Origin: an uncultured Ignavibacteriaceae bacterium
Lineage (GTDB): Bacteria > Bacteroidota > Ignavibacteria > UBA10030 > BY39
NCBI GenBank assembly: GCA_964581995.1
Contig: CAZOQB010000003.1
Coordinates: 41,989 to 105,988 of the forward strand
DNA: 64,000 nt
Direction of reading: 5' to 3'
Every line of letters starts with the position of its first letter. Position 1 is the stretch's first letter. Under the pieces are notes generated by a model. That model was given only the letters and a program-made list of their open reading frames with translations. It was not told where the DNA came from and did not search any database. Made by a program: the position numbers and the translations under genes. This document shows, in pieces, positions 46,750 to 57,040 of the stretch.

Positions 46750-47625
46750 ATGGAATATATACTTCACATATTAATCCTCATCGGCATCTACTGTATCGTA
46801 GGAATCTCGCTAAACTTAGTTGCGGGATATACGGGATTAATCTCGCTTGCACATGCCGGATTTTATGGAATCGGTGCGTACACGGCGGCTTTACTCTCGT
46901 TGAACTTTGGCGTGAACTTCCTTGTGGCAATCCCGATTGCCGTTCTTGTCTCTGCTGTGTTTGGCTTTCTTATTGGGTTTCCATCGCTACGCATCCGCGA
47001 CGATATGTTTGTTATTACGACATTTGGCTTTCAGGTAATCCTTTTCCAGATTATGAACAACTGGATGGACTTGACACACGGTCCGCTTGGGCTTCCCGGT
47101 ATTCCACAACCGACAATCTTTGGATATCAATTCAGTTCGCATATAGATTTTTTAATTTTATCAGTTGTTTTTGTTTTATTGGTTTACTGGATTGTCAACA
47201 GACTTGTAAAATCTCCGTTCGGTAATGTGCTTCGAGGAATACGCGAAGACGAAATATTTGCACAATCGCTTGGGAAGAATGTAAGTTTTTATAAAGTCCT
47301 TTCATTTTCAGTCTCCGCCGGTTTGACTGCAATTGCAGGTGCGTTGTATGCATATTACATTACGTTCATTGATCCGACAAGCTTTACAGTACAGGAATCT
47401 GTTTTCATGCTCTCGCTCGTTATCGTTGGTGGTGCTGGAAGATTATCGGGGTCGATTATTGGTGCGGTGCTTTTAGTAAGCATTCCTGAGATTCTCCGTT
47501 TTGTTGGAATGCCAAGCTCAATCGCAGCGAACATGAGACAGATTCTTTATGGTGGTTTGCTGGTAGCGTTTATGATGTTTCGTCCGAAAGGAATATTAGG
47601 TGAATTCAGTTTTAGACGTGATTAA
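46750..47625 (+). CDS. livM: Branched-chain amino-acid ABC transporter permease (LivM-like)
   Basis: 291 aa, multi-TM, follows livH. Confidence 0.8.
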   Translation: MEYILHILILIGIYCIVGISLNLVAGYTGLISLAHAGFYGIGAYTAALLSLNFGVNFLVAIPIAVLVSAVFGFLIGFPSLRIRDDMFVITTFGFQVILFQIMNNWMDLTHGPLGLPGIPQPTIFGYQFSSHIDFLILSVVFVLLVYWIVNRLVKSPFGNVLRGIREDEIFAQSLGKNVSFYKVLSFSVSAGLTAIAGALYAYYITFIDPTSFTVQESVFMLSLVIVGGAGRLSGSIIGAVLLVSIPEILRFVGMPSSIAANMRQILYGGLLVAFMMFRPKGILGEFSFRRD

Positions 47626-48374
47626 TGCTTGAGATAAAAAACTTAAATAAGTCGTTTGATGGATTGAAGGCGGTGAACGATTTTTCTTTATCGTTACAGG
47701 AAAGAAAAATCACGAGCTTGATTGGTCCGAATGGTGCTGGAAAGACGACGGTGTTTAACATTGTCACGGGATTTCTCCATCCGAATAGTGGTATGGTTAT
47801 GTTCGAGGGGGAAGAAGTAACAAATTTCCCTTCGTTCAAAATCGCCCGGAGAGGTATTGCACGAACTTTTCAAAACTTACGTCTCTTCAAGAAGATGACT
47901 GTTCTGGAAAATGTTCTGTTAAGTCGACAGAATCAACAAGGTGAAAAGTTTTTAAATGCACTTATTGCACATTCTGATTCATCATCAGAGCATAAACGTC
48001 ATCTTGAAAAAACTGAAGCTTTGATAGAATTCATCGGTTTGACAGAACATAAAGATGAGCTTGCTGATAATCTGTCTTATGGTCAACAGAAGTTACTAAG
48101 CATAGCATGTTGTTTAGCGATGGAACCGAAATTACTGATGCTTGATGAACCGGTCGCGGGAGTTCAACCTGCAATGATTGAGAAGATTATTACAATCTTA
48201 AAAGAACTTGTCGAGAAGGAAAAGAAAACCATTCTTTTAATCGAACATAATATCGATGTCGTGTTGGATATTTCCGATACCATAGTAGTTATGGACGAAG
48301 GGAAGAAGATCGCTGAAGACAAACCATCTGTAATACGAAATAATCCGGCGATCCTGGAGGCGTATCTCTCTTGA
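47625..48374 (+). CDS. livG: ABC ATP-binding protein (LivG-like)
   Basis: Walker A GPNGAGKTT. LivG-type insertion. Signature LSYGQQKLL. Confidence 0.85.
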   Translation: MLEIKNLNKSFDGLKAVNDFSLSLQERKITSLIGPNGAGKTTVFNIVTGFLHPNSGMVMFEGEEVTNFPSFKIARRGIARTFQNLRLFKKMTVLENVLLSRQNQQGEKFLNALIAHSDSSSEHKRHLEKTEALIEFIGLTEHKDELADNLSYGQQKLLSIACCLAMEPKLLMLDEPVAGVQPAMIEKIITILKELVEKEKKTILLIEHNIDVVLDISDTIVVMDEGKKIAEDKPSVIRNNPAILEAYLS

Positions 48375-49075
48375 TATACTTAAAAGCAGATATTCCCGAA
48401 GCCGGTTACGGCAAGAAAGTGGTTTTGAAGAACATTGCTCTTAATATTGAGCAGGGGAAGATAGTTGCACTCATTGGTCCCAATGGCGCTGGGAAATCGA
48501 CTCTTCTCAAAGTAATTATGGGTATACTGAAAATACAACAAGGAACCATTTCAGTTGATGGAAAAGATATCACCAATCATTCACCCGAACAAAATGTAAG
48601 GGATAGTATCTCATTTATTCCCCAAGGTAACAGAGTATTCGATGAGCTATCTGTTTATGAGAATCTTGAAGTCGGCGGATATTTGCTCGGCAAGCATGAA
48701 ATCCCGTCGAATATTCAATCAATCCTTGAAATATTTCCCGATATAAAAGATCGGTTGAAACAAAATGCCGGTAAACTCAGCGGAGGAGAAAAGCAACAGC
48801 TTGCTCTGGCGAGAGCACTCATGCTCCAACCCAAAATTCTTCTGATGGACGAACCTTCACTTGGACTCTCGCCAAAATTGGTTGAGAAAGCATTCTCAAC
48901 TATTCAGGATATCAATCAAAAATTTGGTACAACAGTATTAATCGTTGAACAAAAAGTCAGAGAGGTACTTAAGATTTCACACTCTGTCTATGCACTTAGG
49001 TTGGGAGAGATTGTTTTCAGAGGAACACCAGTTGAGCTCAACAGTGAAGAATTGAAAAAGATTTTTTTGGTCTAA
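48371..49075 (+). CDS. livF: ABC ATP-binding protein (LivF-like)
   Basis: Walker A GPNGAGKST, signature LSGGEKQQLALARAL, Walker B LLMDEPSLGL. Confidence 0.85.
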   Translation: MIYLKADIPEAGYGKKVVLKNIALNIEQGKIVALIGPNGAGKSTLLKVIMGILKIQQGTISVDGKDITNHSPEQNVRDSISFIPQGNRVFDELSVYENLEVGGYLLGKHEIPSNIQSILEIFPDIKDRLKQNAGKLSGGEKQQLALARALMLQPKILLMDEPSLGLSPKLVEKAFSTIQDINQKFGTTVLIVEQKVREVLKISHSVYALRLGEIVFRGTPVELNSEELKKIFLV

Positions 49076-49195
49076 AGTATTATTAATAGGAATGATTTAT
49101 CGAACCTTACTAAGGTAGACAATCACCCTTTTTCTTTTCCAGAAGATTGGAGATGACGTAATCTGACCTGTCGTTCAAGCTATTAAGTTTCCTTC

Positions 49196-49280
49196 ACTCC
49201 TTATAAATCTCCGCCACCTGCTTCCCATTCTCATCAATACAAAAGCCTATCTTGATTATTCATCAGAATGGGCTTTGAAT
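49196..49280 (-). terminator. ~85-bp terminator-associated repeat element, copy B
   Basis: Homologous to 31793..31880 (shared ccttataaatc...cccattctcatcaata...catcagaatggg). Directly 3' of a minus-strand gene. Confidence 0.55.
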
Positions 49281-49683
49281 TTATTTTCTCAAAATTTCTT
49301 CTTTTTTCAATCCCTTTAATTCCGGCTTATTCATCTTGGAAAACTTTGCTTTCTGTTCGTCATTTAATTGATTTTCAATATCATCAAGTAAGTCATCAAT
49401 TTTGCCAACTCTACTATCCCGCGCTAGCTTCACTTTAATTTTTTCGAAGAATCCTGGTTCATCTCCGTTTTTAAAGCGTGTTTTTAAGTTGGAGATTATA
49501 GTTTTATCTTCTTCAAGTACCTCTTTTATTTGCTCAACCAGTGTATTGATTGTTTTATATTGATCTGCGCTGAGTGTTAAATATTCCTTTGCTTTATCCA
49601 TTTCTAAAAGCGATACTTGGCTCTGTGCGGTTATTGTTCTTGCAACAATTAAACCAAGTATGATAACAAACAATTTTACTTTC
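49281..49683 (-). CDS. Secreted coiled-coil-like hypothetical protein
   Basis: Signal peptide from MKVKLF. Charged helical remainder. Confidence 0.45.
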
Positions 49684-49744
49684 ATTCGATTTCCTCGCAT
49701 ATAATAATTTATATTTTACTTGAATTGAATCTATTAGTTTTATC

Positions 49745-49870
49745 TGTTTTCCATACAACCCAAACAATAGCCAGCCAAACTACTGAGCGGATGCTCATCG
49801 CTTCTACACTATGCAAAGCAACTGCTCCATTCGAAAAATAAATTACTCCAACAAGTCCCATATTGTTATT
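49745..49870 (-). pseudogene. Diverged remnant of a paralog of the 51279..51668 gene
   Basis: About 70% identity to 51300..51420, with an internal deletion. Confidence 0.45.
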
Positions 49871-50489
49871 AACGATAAATTGCTACTCCAAATCCAACTT
49901 CTATTATTTCACTTAAAGGGATCGTTGAGTTTCCAAACATACTTGCTATGTATAATCCTCTGCTTCCCACACGAACGTAAAACGCTGTTCCGGAGGCGGG
50001 AGTTTTATCGCTTAATAGCTTTGTTTTTATTTCTCCACCAATGAATATTCCTACGTTTCTTCCCGGCGACCACCAGTAATATTCATCAGGATAATGTGAT
50101 GGTAAACTTATCCAGTATTCAGTACCAAATGTATGATGAATAAAAAAACCGATGTTTAATGGTAATAATTCTATGTTTTCATAAACTTTAAATTGAAAAA
50201 ATTTTGCTGTTAATTGTAAACTAACACTATGTAAGTCGTCGATAGAAATAAATTTCGGTACATATCCGTAAAAAAAAGAGACATCCAATCTGTGCTTAAA
50301 AAAGCTGTACCCCACTCCCACAGATAAAAATCCTATACCTCCGGCAAATTGTAATTTCACATAATCAGGCAAAAACTTTTTATACTTTGCAGAATCAGTG
50401 TTTTGAGAAACCTGACTGTAAGCATCAAATCGACTGCAAAGCAGAAAAAAAGTGATAATCAATACTATTTTAAAATTCGTATGTTTCAA
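49869..50489 (-). CDS. Small outer-membrane beta-barrel protein, hypothetical
   Basis: Signal peptide. Aromatic-rich strands. Confidence 0.45.
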   Translation of the reverse strand: MKHTNFKIVLIITFFLLCSRFDAYSQVSQNTDSAKYKKFLPDYVKLQFAGGIGFLSVGVGYSFFKHRLDVSFFYGYVPKFISIDDLHSVSLQLTAKFFQFKVYENIELLPLNIGFFIHHTFGTEYWISLPSHYPDEYYWWSPGRNVGIFIGGEIKTKLLSDKTPASGTAFYVRVGSRGLYIASMFGNSTIPLSEIIEVGFGVAIYR

Positions 50490-51282
50490 TTTCGAATTGA
50501 TTATTAGTTATTTTAATAATGTTAAATTTTCTGTGCTCTACACCATACACATTTATATAGCTGATACTGTCGTTATAAGGCTTATATATTTCATGATGAT
50601 GCAAGTGGCCATGTGTTGCAAATAAAACATTATTGTAGCGTGCTAATGTGTTATGAAAAGCTTGTTCTAATGACGAATTAAAATCTCCATCCATTGGCGG
50701 GACATGAAAAATAACAACCGCATTAGTAAAATTATCGTTTGGTTGTAATTGTGCGTCCAGCCAATTAATGTCCGGCACATTTCCACTAAACTTAAATTCA
50801 CGACTATTTGTGTTTACAAATACAAATTTTACACTATCATAAATAAAACTAAAATTAAAAGCGCCGAACATTTCTTTATATGCAGTACTGCCATTCCCGA
50901 CTAAATCGTGATTACCAACTACAACAAAATACGGCGATGTCAATTTTAAAAGTAAAGAGTTTGCCCATTCATATTGTTTCGGCAAACCAAAATCAGTTAT
51001 ATCGCCAACATGTATAACAAAATCAACTGAAGGTTTCTTATTTACTTCGTTTACAAATTCTTTTGTTTCATCATAAAAACGATGAGTATCGCCGGTTAAT
51101 GCTATTATTATTGTATCGTCTGTATTTTGATTAACTAATTTATCGATGTTTTTCTGATTGACATTTTTGTCTTCCTCACTAAGATCAATTACATAAGGAC
51201 TATAATCGAACATATCTTCACATCCTGTTAATGTGAACACCCCTAAAAAAAACAAAAGTATTTTAATTAAATAATGTTTCAT
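50470..51282 (-). CDS. Metallophosphoesterase (calcineurin-like) lipoprotein
   Basis: Motifs GDTHRF, VIHVGDITDFG, GNHD, HGHLHH. Lipobox TLTGC. Confidence 0.85.
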   Translation of the reverse strand: MKHYLIKILLFFLGVFTLTGCEDMFDYSPYVIDLSEEDKNVNQKNIDKLVNQNTDDTIIIALTGDTHRFYDETKEFVNEVNKKPSVDFVIHVGDITDFGLPKQYEWANSLLLKLTSPYFVVVGNHDLVGNGSTAYKEMFGAFNFSFIYDSVKFVFVNTNSREFKFSGNVPDINWLDAQLQPNDNFTNAVVIFHVPPMDGDFNSSLEQAFHNTLARYNNVLFATHGHLHHHEIYKPYNDSISYINVYGVEHRKFNIIKITNNQFEIETYEF

Positions 51283-51668
51283 CCGACATCTGTAAAAGGT
51301 TTTTTCGACATCCATGTAAACCAAACAATGACCGACCAAATTATTGAGCGCAAACCCATAGCATGTACGCTGTGTAATGCAACAACGCCACCCAAAATAT
51401 GCATCATGCTGACGAGAGCCAATACAATCAGGTGCATTGATGTAACTATGACCGCGAGCTTTAACGCCCTCTGCCGGTTAAGCCACAACATCACTCCAAC
51501 AATTACTCCAACAACTCCCATGACTACGTTGTAGATGAGCAATGGAGTCAGCACGATGTAATCCGGTTGAGTTATACCCAACAACACCTGAAATCCCTCT
51601 ATGGTCGAAAGTAAACTGAAGATAACTGCAATACCAGCCGCTATTTTTCCAAACAATATTTTTTTCAT
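51279..51668 (-). CDS. Small four-helix membrane protein (DoxX-like), intact member of a repeated gene family
   Basis: 129 aa, four TM helices. The 3' third is repeated at 34672..34828 and 49745..49870. Confidence 0.6.
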   Translation of the reverse strand: MKKILFGKIAAGIAVIFSLLSTIEGFQVLLGITQPDYIVLTPLLIYNVVMGVVGVIVGVMLWLNRQRALKLAVIVTSMHLIVLALVSMMHILGGVVALHSVHAMGLRSIIWSVIVWFTWMSKKPFTDVG

Positions 51669-51689
51669 CTGTATATCTTTCTTTTTTAA

Positions 51690-52817
51690 TTAAGCTAATT
51701 TTGTTTTAAACCTTACCACCGCGAGTGTAAGGATGGCGATTCCGAATATCCAAAGCGCCAATGCTTGGGGCCATAACTCGGCAATGCCGACACCTTTGAG
51801 AAATATTCCGCGGATGATCACAATAAAGTATCTCAATGGAATCAAAGTAGTTAAATACTGTATCCACTGCGGCATATTTTCTATCGGAAATGTGAATCCC
51901 GATAAATAAATGAAAGGCAAAAAGATAAAGAACTGAGCCGTCATCATTGCCTGCTGCTGGGTCTTTGAAATTGTTGAAATGAAAAGTCCGAGACCTAAAG
52001 TAGTCATTACGAATAAGCCGCTCATTGCAAACAAGAGGACGATGCTGCCTCGTAATGGTACGTCAAACCAAAAATACGTAACGAATAATACGAGAATCAC
52101 ATCAATCATTCCGATAATGACGAACGGTAAAAGTTTGCCGATAATTAGCTGGTACGGTTTAATGGGTGTAACCATCAACTGTTCAAGCGTGCCTATTTCT
52201 TTTTCCTTCACAACACCAAGTGAAGTTAAAGTCATCGTGATGATCATAAGAACATTTGCAAGAACACCGGGTACCATAAAGTTACGGCTTTTCAATTCGG
52301 CGTTGTACAACACCCGGACTTCAGGTTGCAACTGCGGTGGCGCTGTAACTTGCGGAACCTGCTTCTTTATATCAGCGACTATTACAGAAGAATATTTATT
52401 TATAATCTGAGAAGCATATCCCATGCTGATGTTCGCCGAGTTTGCATCGCTTCCGTCGATCAGAATTTGCACCTCTGTTGTTTTACGTGCGAGAAGCTTA
52501 GAGCTGAAATCGGGCGGTATGACGAGCGCCATCCAAACATTTCCATATTCGATCTCATGGTCGATTTCATCTACAGAATTTACTTCCTTCTGAATAACAA
52601 AGTAACCCGACTGAACAAACTGGTTAACTAACTCGCGGCTTTCTACCGACTTATCCTGATTATACACAGCCATCGGTACATCTTTAACATCCGTTGTTGC
52701 CGCGTAACCGAGAAGGATGAGCTGTAGAACCGGAGCGATGAAGGAGAGGACCATCATCCTTTTGTCGCGCCTGAATTGAATGAATTCCTTAACGATAATG
52801 TGATAGATTGTTTTCAT
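51690..52817 (-). CDS. ABC-2 type transporter permease
   Basis: N-terminal TM helix, a large extracytoplasmic loop, then a six-TM bundle. Paralog of the next gene. Confidence 0.85.
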   Translation of the reverse strand: MKTIYHIIVKEFIQFRRDKRMMVLSFIAPVLQLILLGYAATTDVKDVPMAVYNQDKSVESRELVNQFVQSGYFVIQKEVNSVDEIDHEIEYGNVWMALVIPPDFSSKLLARKTTEVQILIDGSDANSANISMGYASQIINKYSSVIVADIKKQVPQVTAPPQLQPEVRVLYNAELKSRNFMVPGVLANVLMIITMTLTSLGVVKEKEIGTLEQLMVTPIKPYQLIIGKLLPFVIIGMIDVILVLFVTYFWFDVPLRGSIVLLFAMSGLFVMTTLGLGLFISTISKTQQQAMMTAQFFIFLPFIYLSGFTFPIENMPQWIQYLTTLIPLRYFIVIIRGIFLKGVGIAELWPQALALWIFGIAILTLAVVRFKTKLA

Positions 52818-52818
52818 A

Positions 52819-53949
52819 TTATTTTGCTTTCTTTAATAATAACCGTGAACTTACGCCGAGTGTAACTGCGGCAAAAATAAGCATATAAACAAGTTGATCC
52901 CAGAACGCGCCAACCCCGGCGCCTTTTAAAATAACGTCACGGATGACAATTAGGAAATATTTTGGAGGGGTTAGATTGGAAATAATTTGCAGAGCATAAG
53001 GCATACTGCGTATGGGAAATACAAACCCTGAAAGAATCAGCGCCGGTAGGAGCGTTGAAAAAACCGATATAATAAATGCGACTTGCTGCGTATGAGAAAT
53101 TGCAGAAATTAAAAGTCCCTGCCCCAACGAGGCGAGCAAGAAAATAAATATACCTACATACAACCATAGAATACTGCCGCGTATCGAGATATCAAAAAAG
53201 AAATATCCTATAAGCAGCACAAGCGCCGATGCGAACAAAGCAATGATGAGGAATGAAATTGTTTTACCTAATATTATTTCGCCGGTATGCAGCCGTGATA
53301 CCATCATTTGATCCATCGTGCCGCGTTCTTTTTCGCGCACAACCGATAGAGAAGTGGAGACAACTGCGCTAAGCATTAATATAAAGCCGATCAAACCCGG
53401 CACAAGGAACTTTGCGCTTATCAACTCGGGGTTGTACCATACTTTGGGTTTAATTTCGATTGGCGTATATAATTCCCTACCTTGTTTTTGTAAAACTTTG
53501 ACGGCAAGTTTCGCCGAATACGTTTGTACAATCGTATTGAAATATCCGATTGCTGTTGTTGCCGTGTTCGAGTTCGAGCCATCAACAAGAATTTGAATCG
53601 GTGTGTTTCTTCCGGCGAGAATCTCTTTCGAAAAGTCGGTCGGGATAACCACTGCAACAAGCGCCTTGCTCTGGTCAAGCAAATTATCTATCTCTTTGTA
53701 ACTTTCTACCGAATAGTTTACATCGAAGTATTCCGAATTCGTGAAACTTCCAACGAAATCACGGCTCGTTTGTGTTTTATCTTGGTCGAAAATTGCAACG
53801 GATATATGTTTCACATCGAAGTTCAGCGCGTAACCGATTAATAAAACAAGGAACGCGGGAAACACGAGCAGAACGCCGAGCGAGCGTTTGTCGCGGCGTA
53901 TCTGACGAAATTCTTTTACGATAATTGGTTTAACTCTTTTAATATTCAT
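52819..53949 (-). CDS. ABC-2 type transporter permease
   Basis: Same architecture as 51690..52817. Confidence 0.85.
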   Translation of the reverse strand: MNIKRVKPIIVKEFRQIRRDKRSLGVLLVFPAFLVLLIGYALNFDVKHISVAIFDQDKTQTSRDFVGSFTNSEYFDVNYSVESYKEIDNLLDQSKALVAVVIPTDFSKEILAGRNTPIQILVDGSNSNTATTAIGYFNTIVQTYSAKLAVKVLQKQGRELYTPIEIKPKVWYNPELISAKFLVPGLIGFILMLSAVVSTSLSVVREKERGTMDQMMVSRLHTGEIILGKTISFLIIALFASALVLLIGYFFFDISIRGSILWLYVGIFIFLLASLGQGLLISAISHTQQVAFIISVFSTLLPALILSGFVFPIRSMPYALQIISNLTPPKYFLIVIRDVILKGAGVGAFWDQLVYMLIFAAVTLGVSSRLLLKKAK

Positions 53950-54890
53950 GCTGCCCTCTTTTTCATATCTTGTTCAAGTAAGTGTAAGAAAACATCTTCT
54001 AATGATGGTACGATTTGTTCGATACGCTGAATCTGAATTCCTTCTGCAGCGAGTGTTGAACGAATGGCATTTTTTCCTAAATCAAGTTCCGACACGCCAA
54101 CGTGAAGATAGGTGCCGAACACTGATATTTCTACCACCCACGGTTTTGCTCGCAGAAGCTCGAGCGCTTTAACAACATTGTCGGTTTCTACTTCGAGTAT
54201 CGGATAAGTGATGTGCTGTGTTTTTAATTCTTTCGGACTTCCCTGGGCAATCAACCTGCCGGCGTTAATCAGAATTATATCGTTGCAGTATTCCGCCTCG
54301 TCTAAATAGTGTGTCGTTACCAGGATCGTGATGCCTTGGCTCGAAAGCTGGTTGATCAGGTCCCAGAAATTTCTGCGCGAGACAGGGTCAACGCCACTTG
54401 TCGGCTCGTCTAAAAATACTATCTTCGGCTCGTGAAGTATTGCACATCCAAGCGCGAGTCGTTGCTTCCATCCGCCGGAAAGTGTTTTTGTTAAACTTTT
54501 TTCGCGCCCTTTCAATCCAGCCATTTCTAAAACCCATCGTTTACGTTCTTCAACCTTCTCCCTCGACAAACCATATACACCGCCGTAAAAATGGATATTC
54601 TCTTCAACCGTCAGATCTTCATATAGAGAAAACTTCTGCGACATATAACCGATATTTTTTTTCAGAAGGTCGGTTTGTGTTTTTACATCATAGCCGCCTA
54701 CTTTAGCTTGACCTGAAGTTGGTTCCAATAAACCGATAAGCATTCTTATTGTGGTCGATTTACCTGCGCCGTTAGCGCCAAGAAAACCAAATATCTCACC
54801 CCGCTTTACACCGAAGCTTACCTTATCAACCGCTGTAAAGTTGCCGAACATTTTTGTTATCTCGTTTACTTCTATCGCTAACTGTGACAT
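53946..54890 (-). CDS. ABC transporter ATP-binding protein
   Basis: Walker A GANGAGKST, signature LSGGWKQRLALG, Walker B FLDEPTSGVD. Confidence 0.9.
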   Translation of the reverse strand: MSQLAIEVNEITKMFGNFTAVDKVSFGVKRGEIFGFLGANGAGKSTTIRMLIGLLEPTSGQAKVGGYDVKTQTDLLKKNIGYMSQKFSLYEDLTVEENIHFYGGVYGLSREKVEERKRWVLEMAGLKGREKSLTKTLSGGWKQRLALGCAILHEPKIVFLDEPTSGVDPVSRRNFWDLINQLSSQGITILVTTHYLDEAEYCNDIILINAGRLIAQGSPKELKTQHITYPILEVETDNVVKALELLRAKPWVVEISVFGTYLHVGVSELDLGKNAIRSTLAAEGIQIQRIEQIVPSLEDVFLHLLEQDMKKRAA

Positions 54891-55039
54891 TGTCTTTTCC
54901 TTTTCTGACTACGTTTTATGAATTATAAGATTGATTATTCATGGGTATTTTATTGGACGGTCTTCGTTTGATAAGCGGAGACCGTCCATTGTTTTCTTCA
55001 ACTATTATGTTATCTGTGTGTAACATCTTACTCGATGAA

Positions 55040-55651
55040 TTATAGACTAAAACCATAAGATATACCGAGACCGAAATTGACCGCGCTTCTGTCGTACGAT
55101 TCTAACCCTATACCATCGGTATTCGAGAATACATAGTTATACTTTGCACGTAAATCTATTCCGAAATTTGATTCAGGAATTTTGAAATTAATACCTGCAA
55201 TTGCTTCCATACCGAAATTGGATGTGCATTGTTCTTCATTATTTACATAGACACTTTCCCCATCACGCCGGAGTACATTATTATATAGACCCGCTGCAAC
55301 GCCAAAGTACGGCTGAACATCCTTTGTCTTTAACAACTCTGCAAAGTTATAGTTGACTCCGAACAGAATCGGAAATTGAGCCAACCTTAAATCTTCGTCA
55401 GCGCCATAATTCGACCAACCGAAACCTGTCTCTAAATAAACGGTGGCTCCGTAACCCAAACCGTATCCGATGCTAACATTGAATGATGGTCCAACTTCGG
55501 AATCATCACTGCTATCTCCTACTTGAACCGTTCCTCCTGCCCCAACTCTGATTACGAATTGATCTTTCTCTGCTATTTGAGCAGTTCCTGACGATACGGC
55601 AATTGCTAATATTGCAATCGTTATCAGTGATATGTTGATTATGTTTTTCAT
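55040..55651 (-). CDS. Outer-membrane beta-barrel protein (OmpW/porin-like small barrel)
   Basis: Signal peptide. Gly/aromatic-rich strands. Terminal F. Confidence 0.55.
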   Translation of the reverse strand: MKNIINISLITIAILAIAVSSGTAQIAEKDQFVIRVGAGGTVQVGDSSDDSEVGPSFNVSIGYGLGYGATVYLETGFGWSNYGADEDLRLAQFPILFGVNYNFAELLKTKDVQPYFGVAAGLYNNVLRRDGESVYVNNEEQCTSNFGMEAIAGINFKIPESNFGIDLRAKYNYVFSNTDGIGLESYDRSAVNFGLGISYGFSL

Positions 55652-55705
55652 TGATTAAATCCTTGTATTTATTATTGATGTTGTTATTTATTATTTGATT
55701 GTTGA

Positions 55706-57040
55706 TTAATTTTCTTTTCCTATAGCTTTTAAAAGTTTTGCATAAGTGAGTTCATTATCTACAAGCGATACCGTGTAATTTAATTTCGATTGTAACAGGG
55801 CAACTTCCGCATCGAGCAATTCGGTATTTGTAGCGGTGCCGTTTGCAAACTTACTCTTGGTGATTCTGAAATTCTCGTCGGCTTGATCAACGCCTTGCCG
55901 AGCCACATTAACTTTCTTTCCCGATTGCACGAAAGTCATATAACTCTGATTAACTTCAAGCGCAACGGCGTCTTTGAGTTGTCGCTCTGCGTACCGGGTT
56001 TGCTCATACACTGCTTTTGACTGATCTGATTGATGTTTCGTTAAGCCCCAGTTCCAGATATCCCACGAAAGACCAATGCCAACATCCCAAGTGTCTTTAA
56101 ATTCCTCCTTCGTTGGCTGGTAACGCAAGTTAGGACTTGAATAGTAATAATTGCTAAACAGATTTATTTGCGGATACCAACCGCTGTTGGCTGCGGTAAC
56201 CGAGGCATCAGCGGCTTGCATTCTATATGCTGCCGATTTCAGGTCGGGGCGCGATTCTAACGCCGCAATTTTAAAATTACCATCAAGCGGAAATTCTTTA
56301 TTTTGAACTTGAATAGCTGACTTAATTTGTACATCCGTTTCAAGCGGTAAACCGATTAAGCTGTTCAAATTCATCATCGCTATCTGTACATTGTTTGCAG
56401 CGTCTATCTGTGCAACTTCGCTGCTCGAAAGCTGCACCTCAACTTTTAGCAATTCATTTTTTGTTACTAAACCTTGTCTGAGCATATTATTGACATCTAT
56501 CAGGTGCGCCTTTACCTGTTGAACATTTTCATCTATGACACGACTTACTTCTATCGCTTTAAACAGACTCCAATAAGCTGCTTTAATATTATAGACCATA
56601 TCTTGTTTATCCTTCTCAAAATCGAAGTTAGTCGCTATAGCGTTATATTCAGCGGCATCGGCTGATTTGGAGAGCTTGAAACCGGAAAACAACGGCTGTT
56701 GTAATGTTAATCGCGTGTTGTATTGGTCTAATACAATCGGTGAGATAACGACGGGAGTTGGCAGTATGGGCAATGTAACCGCAAAGGGATCAACATCGCT
56801 CAACCGAGTGTAGCTTGCCTGCGCTTTTAGTGATGGTAAACGATTTGCATTTACCTCGCTCGATTTTGCCTCAGCAGCAGCTACTTTATTCTCGGATATA
56901 TGAAGTATGTTGCTGTTATCGAGTCCAAGCTGTATAGCTTCTTCGATAGTTAAAGTTTTCTTCTCTTGTGCAAAAAGTATTGTTGGAATTAAGAGTAGTA
57001 ATAAATATTTTTTCATGATAGTGATCTCCATTAAAGTCAT
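55706..57040 (-). CDS. TolC-family outer-membrane efflux protein
   Basis: Signal peptide. Two-repeat coiled-coil/barrel architecture. 444 aa. Confidence 0.8.
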   Translation of the reverse strand: MTLMEITIMKKYLLLLLIPTILFAQEKKTLTIEEAIQLGLDNSNILHISENKVAAAEAKSSEVNANRLPSLKAQASYTRLSDVDPFAVTLPILPTPVVISPIVLDQYNTRLTLQQPLFSGFKLSKSADAAEYNAIATNFDFEKDKQDMVYNIKAAYWSLFKAIEVSRVIDENVQQVKAHLIDVNNMLRQGLVTKNELLKVEVQLSSSEVAQIDAANNVQIAMMNLNSLIGLPLETDVQIKSAIQVQNKEFPLDGNFKIAALESRPDLKSAAYRMQAADASVTAANSGWYPQINLFSNYYYSSPNLRYQPTKEEFKDTWDVGIGLSWDIWNWGLTKHQSDQSKAVYEQTRYAERQLKDAVALEVNQSYMTFVQSGKKVNVARQGVDQADENFRITKSKFANGTATNTELLDAEVALLQSKLNYTVSLVDNELTYAKLLKAIGKEN

